Positions 9,200 through 18,585 of a stretch of 38,840 nucleotides of DNA are shown here, in pieces. The DNA is taken from assembly GCA_009700815.1 (NCBI GenBank), contig WLLG01000001.1, positions 1-38,840 of the forward strand, in the 5' to 3' direction. The DNA is from Actinomycetota bacterium (GTDB lineage: Bacteria > Actinomycetota > Acidimicrobiia > Acidimicrobiales > Microtrichaceae). The notes beneath the pieces are model-generated. The model was not told the origin of the DNA, made no database searches, and saw nothing but the letters and a program-made list of their open reading frames with translations. The translations under genes and the position numbers were made by a program. How positions within the stretch are numbered: the first letter of the stretch is position 1; every line of letters begins with the position of its first letter.

Positions 9200-10072
9200 G
9201 TGAGCGAGACGAACTCAGGCGAGGACAGCGCTACTAGCGCCGAAGAAATCGGCGTGCGCTTTGACCGCGTGGCACTTGTCGTCAAGCGTCCTACCGACCT
9301 GTGGGGAATGATGGCGGAATCGCTCGGGGGGCGATTCGCTGGAAGCGGAACGGGCCAGGGCTACGGATGGACGGACCTGCGCTTCGCTAATGGATTCATC
9401 CTCGAAGGTATCCACCCCGAGGCAGCCGAAGGCGAAGAAGAGCCCGGCTCAGAAGTAGTGGAGCGGTTCTTAGAGAAGTATGGAGTCGGTCCACACCACC
9501 TGACATTTATGGTGACCGACTTGGCGGGAATGCTCGCGCGTTTACGTGCAGCAGGAATTGAGGCAGTCGCCGAGAATCACGAGGATCCCACTTGGCACGA
9601 GGCCTTTCTTCGGCCGCGAGATGCACAAGGCGTGGTCCTTCAGTTAGTGCAGATGACCGAACAGCCTGCGCAGATCCTTGATGAGCCAGAAGGGTTTCCA
9701 GAGATCGGGTTTGACCACCCCGTTGCGTCGCTCGGCCGAGTAGTACATGCCGTTCATGACCTTGCAGCGGCACTGGAGTTGTTTCGAGATCTGCTTGGTG
9801 GCCGGGTGCTGTCAACGGGCGCGGCAATTGATGGAAACCACTGGGCTGAGCTCGGATGGGGAGGCCCCGGGCGCTTGCGACTTCTCGAAGCGGCGCATGC
9901 AGAGATCGCAGAGTGGGTTGGTGACCGCCCGGGACGCGTTCGTCACCTGTTCTTCAATTTCGATGAACCCGGCTACGTACCGGGGGCACACAAAGTTGCT
10001 TCAGGTCGCTGGGTTGTTGACTGCGATGAGGTGCTCGGCACCCGCCTCGTGATTTCCTCGAGCGCTCGCTGA
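9200..10072 (+). CDS. Two-domain VOC (glyoxalase/methylmalonyl-CoA epimerase-like) protein
   Basis: RFLEKYGVGPHHLTFMV.D and EAFLRPRDAQGVVLQLVQ, followed by a second degenerate VOC module. Confidence 0.75.
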   Translation: MSETNSGEDSATSAEEIGVRFDRVALVVKRPTDLWGMMAESLGGRFAGSGTGQGYGWTDLRFANGFILEGIHPEAAEGEEEPGSEVVERFLEKYGVGPHHLTFMVTDLAGMLARLRAAGIEAVAENHEDPTWHEAFLRPRDAQGVVLQLVQMTEQPAQILDEPEGFPEIGFDHPVASLGRVVHAVHDLAAALELFRDLLGGRVLSTGAAIDGNHWAELGWGGPGRLRLLEAAHAEIAEWVGDRPGRVRHLFFNFDEPGYVPGAHKVASGRWVVDCDEVLGTRLVISSSAR

Positions 10073-10089
10073 ACTAGCTTGCTGCCGCT

Positions 10090-10854
10090 TTAGAGCAGCA
10101 TGCCGCCGTCCACAACGATGCAGGTACCGGTGATCCATGAGGATGCATCAGAGGCCAAGAACAGCGCTGCACGCGCTATGTCCTCGGGTTCTCCTAAGCG
10201 ATGCAGGGGAATCATCTGAGAGATTGCATCTTCGCCTGATTCCCAGAGGGCTCGGGCCATGTCTGTCTTCACGAGACCCGGGCACAGAGCATTGACTCGT
10301 ACCCCCGGGGCAAGTTCCTTAGCCAGAGATCGCGTCAGGTGAAGCAGTGCTGCCTTTGTCACGTTGTAGTGCCCAATGCTGGTTTCGACGCTCAGGCCAC
10401 CGATAGAAGAGATGTTGATGATGTTGCCGCCATGTTCTGCCATGCTCTGCTTCCAGGCCTGCTGCGCCCAGACAAACGCCCCTCGAAGATTGACGTCATA
10501 GGTCTTGTCCAAACGGGGAAGATCAATCTCGATCATCTTGCCCATATATGGATTCGTAGCAGCGTTATTCACCAAAATATCTAAGCGACCGAACCGCTCG
10601 ATCGTGGCCGAAACGCAAGCTTCAGCAGCCTCTGGATTTCCGGCGTTCGCCTCAAAGACTGCTACCTGAGCATCACCCACCGAATCGCCAAATCGGGATT
10701 CGATCGCAGCTGCAGTCTCGACAAGAGCCGCCTCTTTACGAGAAGAGATCATGACCTTGGCACCTGCAGCTACAAACTCGGCCGCCATAGCCGCACCAAT
10801 TCCACGTGACGCACCCGTAATAAGTGCCACTTTGCCATCGAGCCTCAGGTCCAT
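10090..10854 (-). CDS. Short-chain dehydrogenase/reductase
   Basis: TGASRGIG, LVNNAA, YNVTK (YxxxK), PGLVKT. Confidence 0.93.
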   Translation of the reverse strand: MDLRLDGKVALITGASRGIGAAMAAEFVAAGAKVMISSRKEAALVETAAAIESRFGDSVGDAQVAVFEANAGNPEAAEACVSATIERFGRLDILVNNAATNPYMGKMIEIDLPRLDKTYDVNLRGAFVWAQQAWKQSMAEHGGNIINISSIGGLSVETSIGHYNVTKAALLHLTRSLAKELAPGVRVNALCPGLVKTDMARALWESGEDAISQMIPLHRLGEPEDIARAALFLASDASSWITGTCIVVDGGMLL

Positions 10855-10890
10855 GCCCTCATTCTGCCTGAAGTTCGGGGTTGGGTTTAT

Positions 10891-11874
10891 CTAGATCTCA
10901 TCAATTCGCACGGTCGAACCCCGAGCTAGCGAAAGATCAGCGGCTAGCGCTACCCGCAGAGCATCCTCCGCAGCGCTTCCCGGGCACTGATTTGGCCCCT
11001 CGCCTGCCACGAGGTCGACAAAGGCAGCAATTTCTGCTGCGTAAGCCTGATGGAAACGAACCGGAAAACTTGGGTACGGGTCCACAGGCTGAAGGACCCC
11101 AGGGTCAGCCGAACGCAGTGGCATCTGTGGCCCTAGCCCAGCGCTCAGGGCGTCACGAGAACCAACTACCTCTGTGCGGTGGTCATAACCGACCCCGTTT
11201 TGCCGGGTACCAGTCAGCATTGCGAGCGCGCCACCTTCGAGCGTCATGATTGCAGCTGAGGTATCAACATCGTCGTAGCGGGCAAACATCTCATCTACGA
11301 GCACTGATCCGCGAGCGACCACGTCAATCGGGGTCCTGCCACTCAGCCAGGCAATCGCGTCAAAATCATGAATATGCATATCGCAAAAGATTGAGCCGGC
11401 CGTGGGCAAGTAGCTCTCATGGGGCGGCTCGTAGTCGTGACAAGCAGCGCGTATCAGGTACAGCTCACCTAGGTCACCGGACTCAACTGCGCGGCGCATC
11501 TTTACAAAGCCTGGGTCGAACCTGCGGTGGAAACCGACCTGCAACTCAATGCCTGTTGTGGCTACGTAACGAAGGCATTCCTGAGTGGCAGAAAGATCAA
11601 GCGAGATGGGCTTTTCGGAAAAGCAGGGCAAGCCAGCATCGGCTACTGATCGAACGTCTTCAGGGTGTCGAGAGGTTGGAGTAGCAACGACAACGCCTTC
11701 GCTGCGTTCGAGGAGTTCCTCAACAGTGGAACACGCCGTGGCGATTTCTTGAACACGCAGAACTGCTTGGGGATCCGGCTCGTAGACGAGCACTTCTGTC
11801 ACTCTTGGCAGTTCAGCCAGATTGGTGATGTGAGTCTGACCGATCCGTCCAGCACCCAAAACTCCGATTCGCAT
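10891..11874 (-). CDS. Gfo/Idh/MocA oxidoreductase (inositol 2-dehydrogenase-like)
   Basis: GAGRIG, EKP, GFHRRFDP, DMHIHDFD. Confidence 0.9.
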   Translation of the reverse strand: MRIGVLGAGRIGQTHITNLAELPRVTEVLVYEPDPQAVLRVQEIATACSTVEELLERSEGVVVATPTSRHPEDVRSVADAGLPCFSEKPISLDLSATQECLRYVATTGIELQVGFHRRFDPGFVKMRRAVESGDLGELYLIRAACHDYEPPHESYLPTAGSIFCDMHIHDFDAIAWLSGRTPIDVVARGSVLVDEMFARYDDVDTSAAIMTLEGGALAMLTGTRQNGVGYDHRTEVVGSRDALSAGLGPQMPLRSADPGVLQPVDPYPSFPVRFHQAYAAEIAAFVDLVAGEGPNQCPGSAAEDALRVALAADLSLARGSTVRIDEI

Positions 11875-11968
11875 TCAACACCTTTCGCAGAGAGTTGAGG
11901 AACGTTAGCGGTCCATCCATCGCTAACCCACTTCTAGCCGGCCGGGCCAATAATTCAAACGGTGGAGC

Positions 11969-12478
11969 TCAGCCCGGGTCAGCAAGCAGGTGCATGACGA
12001 GCTTGTCTCCCTTTGCCTCTGCACTAAACGCAAGGGTTGTCCCGGTGAGCGCAAGCGAGGTGCCAGCGCCAGTATCTCGAAGGTTCACATGACGACTCAG
12101 CCCGAACTTCGTGATCTGTACCTCTGTGTTCGCGCGATCAAAGCTCAGCAGTTTCTTTGTTGGGCCCGAGCCAGTTACCCAATCCAAGATATGAATCGAA
12201 CTGTCGGTGACTGCGACGAGCATGCGCACAGTAAGGCCTTGCGACCCTGCACGTGCAGTGCGCGTCGCATGAATTGCCACGCCTGCCCCAACCCCCTCGG
12301 CAAGCGAGTTCTCCGTTACTGCTTCAGCGATGCCAGCTCCAGCTACCGAAGCAACAGCAGTCGCCGCATAATCATCTTGCAAGCCAAATATTCCGGCAGC
12401 TAACACCGGGTCCGGGGTTGACGCATCTACCCCAAGGATCTGCTCTGCTTTTGCAATGAGTTCAGGTTCGTCATTCAT
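11969..12478 (-). CDS. Hypothetical protein, possibly PH-like fold
   Basis: 169-aa ORF filling the gap, TATGCT 6 nt before the ATG, Gly/Ala-rich segment then a beta-rich C-terminal half. Confidence 0.6.
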   Translation of the reverse strand: MNDEPELIAKAEQILGVDASTPDPVLAAGIFGLQDDYAATAVASVAGAGIAEAVTENSLAEGVGAGVAIHATRTARAGSQGLTVRMLVAVTDSSIHILDWVTGSGPTKKLLSFDRANTEVQITKFGLSRHVNLRDTGAGTSLALTGTTLAFSAEAKGDKLVMHLLADPG

Positions 12479-12531
12479 AGTAAGAGCATAGGGAATCTGG
12501 CCAACTCGGCATTGATGGGTATCGTGACTGC

Positions 12532-14586
12532 GTGACGAACCGACTTGCGACCGAGACCAGCCCCTACCTACGCCAGCATGCCGAAAACCCCGTGGACTGG
12601 TTTCCTTGGGGACCCGAGGCCTTTGAACTTGCTCGCTCGCAGGACCGACCGGTTCTGTTGTCCGTCGGCTATTCGGCCTGCCACTGGTGCCATGTCATGG
12701 CGCACGAGTCCTTTGAGGATGAGTCCACAGCCGAACTGATGAATTCGAAATTTGTGAATATCAAGGTGGACCGCGAGGAACGCCCAGACATCGACGCCAT
12801 TTATATGGAGGCAACCCAAGCAATGACTGGCCACGGCGGCTGGCCTATGACTGTGTTCATGACACCAGAGGGTGAGCCCTTCTTCTGCGGCACGTACTTT
12901 CCAAAGGAACCACGCGGTGGCACCTTGAGCTTTACGCAACTACTCACAGCCATTGAGGATGCTTGGCAAACCCGCCGGGACGAACTCATGGAACAGGCAA
13001 CTCGACTCGTTCAGAATATTGGGCGCAACCCATCTGCAGGCACTGACGCACCGCTGCCGGTTGCACAGGTGCTCGATGAGGCAACCTTGGCCTTGCTTGC
13101 TGCCTATGACCCACAATGGGGAGGATTCGGCGGTGCGCCCAAGTTTCCGCAATCGATGAGCTTGGGACACCTGCTGCGACATGTTCGACGTACTGGGTCC
13201 GATACAGCGCTTGCGGCAGTGACAACCTCGCTTGACGCTCTTGCCGCCGGGGGAATCTATGACCATATCGGTGGTGGGTTCTCGCGGTACTCCGTAGATG
13301 AGCGCTGGTTGGTGCCGCATTTCGAGAAGATGCTTTATGACAATGCACTGCTTGGGCGGAGCTACTTATGGGCTTGGCAAGTAACTGGCGAGGAACGCTA
13401 TCTGCAGGTACTCACCGAGATTATTGACTACGTCCTTCGCGACCTTTCACATCCAAGCGGAGGCCGTTACTCCGCCGAGGACGCCGACAGCTTTGCCACT
13501 GCAGATGCAGACCACGCAGAGGAGGGTGCCTTCTATGTCTGGACCCCACAAGAGGTGGCGGAGGCTCTTGAGCAGGCAAATCTCGGTCACCTGACCGAGG
13601 AGACGCTCGCTTTCTATGGCATCTCAGAGGCAGGCAACTTTGAAGGCGCATCCATCCCAAACCGCATGCACGAACGCGGCAACCTTGAGCGCAGTGCTGG
13701 GATCAAATTGGCTCGTGCTGCTCTTTTGGAGAGCCGAGCTACTCGGCCGAGACCTGGTCTAGACAACAAAGTTCTCACCGAGTGGAATGCGCTCATGTTG
13801 GCCACCTTGGCCGAAGCAGCAGCAGCTACACAGCGCCAAGACTGGCTGGCTGCAGCAGAGTCCACTGCCAACTTCTTGTGCGAATCCTTGCGAGTGCCCT
13901 CTAGTTCGGCAACGTGTGGGCAACGCTGGCTGCGGTCATGGCAGGCCGACTTGAACCAAGGTTTGGGGGGTGCTCGACACTTGGCCTACGCCGCCGATTA
14001 CGCCGCTCTAATCGACGGATTCATCTGTCTGTATGAGGCCACCGGCACCCTGCGCTGGTTGGAAGAGGCAACGACAACAGCAGATAGCCTAATTGAGCTC
14101 TTTTGGGATATCGACGGTGGAGTGTGGACAACAGGCGAGGATGCCGAACAATTGGTCTCACGACCAAAAGACCTGATGGACAACGCAACACCTTCAGCAA
14201 ACAGCATGACAGCCGTTGGCCTGTTGCGCCTCGAAGCCCATACGGGCGAATCACGCTACGGGGAGCATGCTCGTACGATTTTGCGAACCCTCGGTGGGGT
14301 GGCCGGCAAGCACGCCATGAGCTTTGGCAATCTGCTCTGGGCGATCGAGTTACACACACTTGGAGTGACCGAGGTGGTCGTCACCGGCGACCGAGCAGAT
14401 CTTGTTCAGTTGCTGCAGAGCCGCTTTGACCCGGGCAGCATCCTGGCTTGGGGAGAGCCAGGGTCTGGGCCACTGTGGGAAGGACGCTCAGCAACGGGCT
14501 CCGATGGAGTGGCCTATGTGTGTCGGAACCATGCCTGTGGAACACCCGCAGCAAGCACAGCAGAGCTTCTGGCACAACTCGACTAG
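12532..14586 (+). CDS. Thioredoxin-domain protein, YyaL/SSP411 family
   Basis: [58 protein letters not shown]. Confidence 0.93.
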   Translation: MTNRLATETSPYLRQHAENPVDWFPWGPEAFELARSQDRPVLLSVGYSACHWCHVMAHESFEDESTAELMNSKFVNIKVDREERPDIDAIYMEATQAMTGHGGWPMTVFMTPEGEPFFCGTYFPKEPRGGTLSFTQLLTAIEDAWQTRRDELMEQATRLVQNIGRNPSAGTDAPLPVAQVLDEATLALLAAYDPQWGGFGGAPKFPQSMSLGHLLRHVRRTGSDTALAAVTTSLDALAAGGIYDHIGGGFSRYSVDERWLVPHFEKMLYDNALLGRSYLWAWQVTGEERYLQVLTEIIDYVLRDLSHPSGGRYSAEDADSFATADADHAEEGAFYVWTPQEVAEALEQANLGHLTEETLAFYGISEAGNFEGASIPNRMHERGNLERSAGIKLARAALLESRATRPRPGLDNKVLTEWNALMLATLAEAAAATQRQDWLAAAESTANFLCESLRVPSSSATCGQRWLRSWQADLNQGLGGARHLAYAADYAALIDGFICLYEATGTLRWLEEATTTADSLIELFWDIDGGVWTTGEDAEQLVSRPKDLMDNATPSANSMTAVGLLRLEAHTGESRYGEHARTILRTLGGVAGKHAMSFGNLLWAIELHTLGVTEVVVTGDRADLVQLLQSRFDPGSILAWGEPGSGPLWEGRSATGSDGVAYVCRNHACGTPAASTAELLAQLD

Positions 14587-14606
14587 GGGCTCTCTACCGT
14601 CTCGAT

Positions 14607-14643
14607 CTAGCGAACTAGCGAACTAGCGAACTAGCGAACTAGC
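14607..14643. repeat. 8-bp tandem repeat (CTAGCGAA) x4.6 overlapping the RND stop codon
   Basis: Perfect copies at 14607, 14615, 14623 and 14631 plus CTAGC. Confidence 0.95.
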
Positions 14644-17116
14644 TGAGCACATCTGCGCGATGGTCCGGAACCTCGATAAATGGCGCCTCTGGGCGATCGA
14701 GCATCCCCTTGGAAACCCAGCCACGCTTGTCAGCCCACACAATGAGGGGAGGAAGAATGGTGAGCGCCGCAATGAGCGCTATTGCAATCTTGAGCGCCAC
14801 AAAGAGCCCAAAGTTCGCCAGGAGCGGCAGCGAAGAGAATGCAATAACACCTACCCCTGCTATGGCAGTCATGGCCGAGACGATGAATGCCCGACCTGTT
14901 CGACCAGCAGTGATATCGATAGCCTCACGTGGCTCAAGGCCGCGCTGACGCTCCTCGATGTATCGCAACAGAATCAGCGAGGTGAACTCGGTGCAGGTGG
15001 CGACCACGAGGGGCCCGCCAACCGCCGTCATCGGGCTGAGTTCTATGCCGAGTAGGTAGATCGCAATCGTTGCAACACCAGACGCAATGAGCACCGGCAC
15101 CATTGACAACACAGCGCGCACGAAGGAGCGCAATCGAACCCACAAGAACAAGAACACCAACCCGACGGCCAGCCAGGTGAGTTGTACCAAATTTGCCTCG
15201 AGGTTTTGCAGGAGCCCGACTCCCACGACTGCTAGTCCCGAGGGTGTCACCTTGATTCCAGTCGGAGCCTCCGTCTGACGAATGCCATCCACTACTACTG
15301 CTTGGCCTTCTAATGAGGTCGGACGAGTCAGGAAGGCAATATTGAAGTTTTCTCCGTTTGGTGATGCAGTCGAAAGCTGAATGTCTTTTGGTGCCAGATC
15401 CCAAGCTTGCTGCACATCAGCAGCAGCAGGCGAGATGTGTTTGGCACCGGGAATATCGGTGAGGTCAGACACCGTGGCCACGATGCTTGAGCCCACGAGC
15501 AACTCTTTGGAGTACTTGGCCATCTGCTCGCGTGTGAACGTGTCAACAAAGGCAACAGAGGAGTCGCTATAGAGACTGGCTGCGTCGGTGGACTGTACAA
15601 AGACTCCAAGTTCTGAAGATCCGCCGATTTCGGACTCGATGTTGCGCAGGTCTTTGATGACCTGTGAATCCTGATTTACCCAATTGATCGGGTCAGTCTC
15701 AAGCTTCAACTGCGGCTCCAAGACGCTGCCCACCACAAATACGATGACCGCTGCCACTGCGAGCCACAGCGCAGCAGTTGCTGGAAGGCTTCCCATCTTG
15801 ACTACAAGTCTGCCGAGTTTCCCCTCGCTAAAATCGCGGCCCTTGGTAGGCGACTTGTACTCACGAATGCCCAGAGCAGCAAGTGGGTTCACGATCGAAG
15901 AGATACAAATAGCGATGATGCCAACAATCAGGAGCCAACCGAACTCACGGATCATCGGGACTTTCGAGATCTGAATGGCCAAGAATGCAAACACGGCATC
16001 AAAGGTGACCACCAGCAATGCTGGGCCGAGGCCACGAGCTGCGGACTGAATCGGATGTGGGGAGCGGCCAATGATGACCTCCTCCTCAATGCGCGAATGC
16101 ATCTGGATGGCGTAGTCAATGCCAATGCCAAGCATCACCGGAAGCCCCGCAATAGTGACCAAGGTGAGTGGCACTCCAAGGTATCCGGCCAGACCAAACG
16201 CCCAGATCACGCCGATCAACACAACGAGCAGCGGGAGCAGCCTCCAGCGGACGTTGAAGAACAGCAACAGAATCACCATCATGACTGCAACGGCGATTGC
16301 GCCAAGGCCCAACATGCCGCCCTTGAGGTAATCATTAATACCTTTGAGCAACACTGGAGCACCCGTTGTGGTGACTTGCGCATCTGGGAATTTCAGAGCC
16401 TTGGTTGTCTCAACAATGGTTTCAGATGCGGCACCCTCAGCCTCGATGGACCCGTTTCCGGGTAGCCGGGTGATCATCTGAGCGTGGGTGTCATCAGGGA
16501 AGAAGGGCCGCAGAGCGAGGCGCACTTCGCCTGCATTGTCATAGAGCAAGAACTTGACCCATTCGGGATTCTCTAAGGTTTGCTGATCTGCAGGAACGGC
16601 GAGCAGTCGCTGCGTTGTAATGGCTAGGTCGGCTGTTCGCGCCTGAGCACTGACCGTATCCCCAGAAGCTTCCGCTACCTTCTGAGCGTTGAGCAGCGCC
16701 TTGGCTGCAACTGCGTTAAATGGGTTTCCATCGGGTGAAGTGACAAGCGATGCAGAAAAATCAAGTGCCGTCACCGGCGAGATCACACCAAGGACTTGAC
16801 CAGAATCACGAAGATCCTGAGCCACTGCCTCCATGGTCGCAATGCCCTCTTTCGTGAAGATCGAATCGATCTTCGCTCCGTTGTCCATGGAGATAACGGA
16901 CAACATGGCTTGGCCACCAAAGAGTTCCTGGTACGCAATGTTGTCTTTGTAGACCACATCGTTTTTGTTCAGGTAACTGTCCTGCCCGGTTGCGAATTCG
17001 AGTTTCGTGATTCCAAACCCGAGTGCAATCGTAAACACCAAGCCGATAGCCGCCACCATGCCCGCGTGCCGGCCAAGGTTGACTGCCATCCATGACCAGA
17101 ATCTCTGCATACGCAT
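14639..17116 (-). CDS. RND-superfamily transporter (HAE3/MMPL-like)
   Basis: 825 aa with duplicated 1+5 TM organisation and two large loops; TM4 GIGIDYAIQMHSRIEEE, second-half equivalent ATCTEFTSL. Confidence 0.88.
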   Translation of the reverse strand: MRMQRFWSWMAVNLGRHAGMVAAIGLVFTIALGFGITKLEFATGQDSYLNKNDVVYKDNIAYQELFGGQAMLSVISMDNGAKIDSIFTKEGIATMEAVAQDLRDSGQVLGVISPVTALDFSASLVTSPDGNPFNAVAAKALLNAQKVAEASGDTVSAQARTADLAITTQRLLAVPADQQTLENPEWVKFLLYDNAGEVRLALRPFFPDDTHAQMITRLPGNGSIEAEGAASETIVETTKALKFPDAQVTTTGAPVLLKGINDYLKGGMLGLGAIAVAVMMVILLLFFNVRWRLLPLLVVLIGVIWAFGLAGYLGVPLTLVTIAGLPVMLGIGIDYAIQMHSRIEEEVIIGRSPHPIQSAARGLGPALLVVTFDAVFAFLAIQISKVPMIREFGWLLIVGIIAICISSIVNPLAALGIREYKSPTKGRDFSEGKLGRLVVKMGSLPATAALWLAVAAVIVFVVGSVLEPQLKLETDPINWVNQDSQVIKDLRNIESEIGGSSELGVFVQSTDAASLYSDSSVAFVDTFTREQMAKYSKELLVGSSIVATVSDLTDIPGAKHISPAAADVQQAWDLAPKDIQLSTASPNGENFNIAFLTRPTSLEGQAVVVDGIRQTEAPTGIKVTPSGLAVVGVGLLQNLEANLVQLTWLAVGLVFLFLWVRLRSFVRAVLSMVPVLIASGVATIAIYLLGIELSPMTAVGGPLVVATCTEFTSLILLRYIEERQRGLEPREAIDITAGRTGRAFIVSAMTAIAGVGVIAFSSLPLLANFGLFVALKIAIALIAALTILPPLIVWADKRGWVSKGMLDRPEAPFIEVPDHRADVLS

Positions 17117-17191
17117 GTTGTCAACCGTTCTGTGTCGAGGGAGATGGGTCGAACATAGTTCCGAATTTATGATCCACGCTCAGCAAGTGAA

Positions 17192-17809
17192 TTACCAAGA
17201 CTGATGATGGATGAGCGACTCCGGGTCGACTCGGCCACGAGCAGCAGAAACCGATGGGTTTCGGCCTCCTATGTTTGGCCAGCCAAGTGCCACCGTTCCT
17301 AACGCCTGGTAATCCTCTGGCACCCCAAAAGCTGACGCTACTGCGCGCTCATGTTGGAATTGCCCAAAGAGCAGTGCACCGAGGCCTGCGGCCTCGGCAG
17401 CCAACAACAGGCCCATCAAGCCCGCTCCCCCATCTACATACCAGTAGGGCACCTGCCATGCCGCAAGACTGTCGCCAAGCCCCGTATGTGCCTTATCTGG
17501 CTCCTGATAGCGCTCCTGATAGGCGCTCGGCCGCACCAGCGGTATCACCAGGGTGGGTGCCTTGAGTAAGCCGGGCCACGGAAAACTCTCTCGCTTCTCT
17601 TCGGCAAGCGTCAGCGACCAATACTGCGCTACTCGTGGCTCTGACAACACCAGCAGTTCCATTGCAGCAGTGTTGCCTGCAGAGGGTCCTCGAAATGCCG
17701 CAAGGAGCACCTTTTTCAGCAAGTCTGGATCAATCTCCTGATCGGCGAAATCCCGACACATTCGTCGAGATGCCAGAACTCGTTCAAACTCCTGAGCGGA
17801 TTTACTCAC
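17192..17809 (-). CDS. Nitroreductase family protein
   Basis: SRRMCRDF, GPSAGNT, AAEAAGLGA, VALGWP. GTG 17809 overlaps the upstream stop (GTGA). Confidence 0.85.
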   Translation of the reverse strand: MSKSAQEFERVLASRRMCRDFADQEIDPDLLKKVLLAAFRGPSAGNTAAMELLVLSEPRVAQYWSLTLAEEKRESFPWPGLLKAPTLVIPLVRPSAYQERYQEPDKAHTGLGDSLAAWQVPYWYVDGGAGLMGLLLAAEAAGLGALLFGQFQHERAVASAFGVPEDYQALGTVALGWPNIGGRNPSVSAARGRVDPESLIHHQSW

Positions 17810-18474
17810 CCGTGTTTGAGGAGTTCCTCGGCCATTGCCCATCCGCAGACCACCACGCAATCACCGCGTGATCCGTCTAGGTGAGTGAACTGCGCCGCAA
17901 CGGCCACTTCGATGGTTTCAGGTTTGAGCGATTCGTGATCCAGAACCAGCGGAGGGGACCCATCACCAGTGATGGTGAAAACCTTGTCGTTATAGCGATG
18001 CGATTCGATTCCGAAGCGTTTCACTAGTCGTCGACCCCATGCGCGTTCCTCACCCGAGGGCTTATGCTCCGGCCGGGGCACGATGTCAGTCAGCAGTCGA
18101 AAGCCCTCGAGGGCCCCGGCGTCACTCATGCGGGTACCGAGCAAGACATCCTCATCAGGGAAGGCCATCAGAGCACGGCGGAAATTGTCGCCAATCAAAG
18201 CCCTGAGCGTTGCATCTCGTTTCGAGGTGCGCTTAACCGCAGCCACGCCCAACAAGATGCAAGGAGTTCCACCAATACGTTCCAAGGTCGAAAAAGAGAA
18301 CCCACGCAGCAGGTTTCCTTCGCGGACGAGCGTTACGAGCACCCAGACGTCAACCTGCTTGGAGAGCTCTCCCACTCCGTAGCAATGTCCGCCATCAGCG
18401 CAGATGTCGGCCATCTCGGCCAGCTCCGAGTCGCTGAGGGCAGTGCAATCTTTTGTCGTGACGTCTAGCGCCAT
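17806..18474 (-). CDS. Hypothetical protein, possible GNAT-like fold
   Basis: 222-aa ORF with GGGAG SD-like sequence, coupled to the nitroreductase; WVLVTLVRE...LRGFSFSTLE...CILLGVAAVKR pattern resembles GNAT strands. Confidence 0.7.
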   Translation of the reverse strand: MALDVTTKDCTALSDSELAEMADICADGGHCYGVGELSKQVDVWVLVTLVREGNLLRGFSFSTLERIGGTPCILLGVAAVKRTSKRDATLRALIGDNFRRALMAFPDEDVLLGTRMSDAGALEGFRLLTDIVPRPEHKPSGEERAWGRRLVKRFGIESHRYNDKVFTITGDGSPPLVLDHESLKPETIEVAVAAQFTHLDGSRGDCVVVCGWAMAEELLKHG

Positions 18475-18585
18475 GCACAGCTCCCAAAAAAGTAATGCAA
18501 ATGTGGTGCTGCTAGTTCAGTCGAAAACGGCCCCTAAACGCAAACTGTGAGGCGAATTTCAGCCACGATTTCTCAGCCTGTGAGC

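Noticed and set aside
17148-17163. CGAAC-ATA-GTTC as a LexA box upstream of the RND gene
   Set aside because: Spacer is 3 nt rather than the required 4; the same applies to GAAC-TTC-GTTC at 32541.
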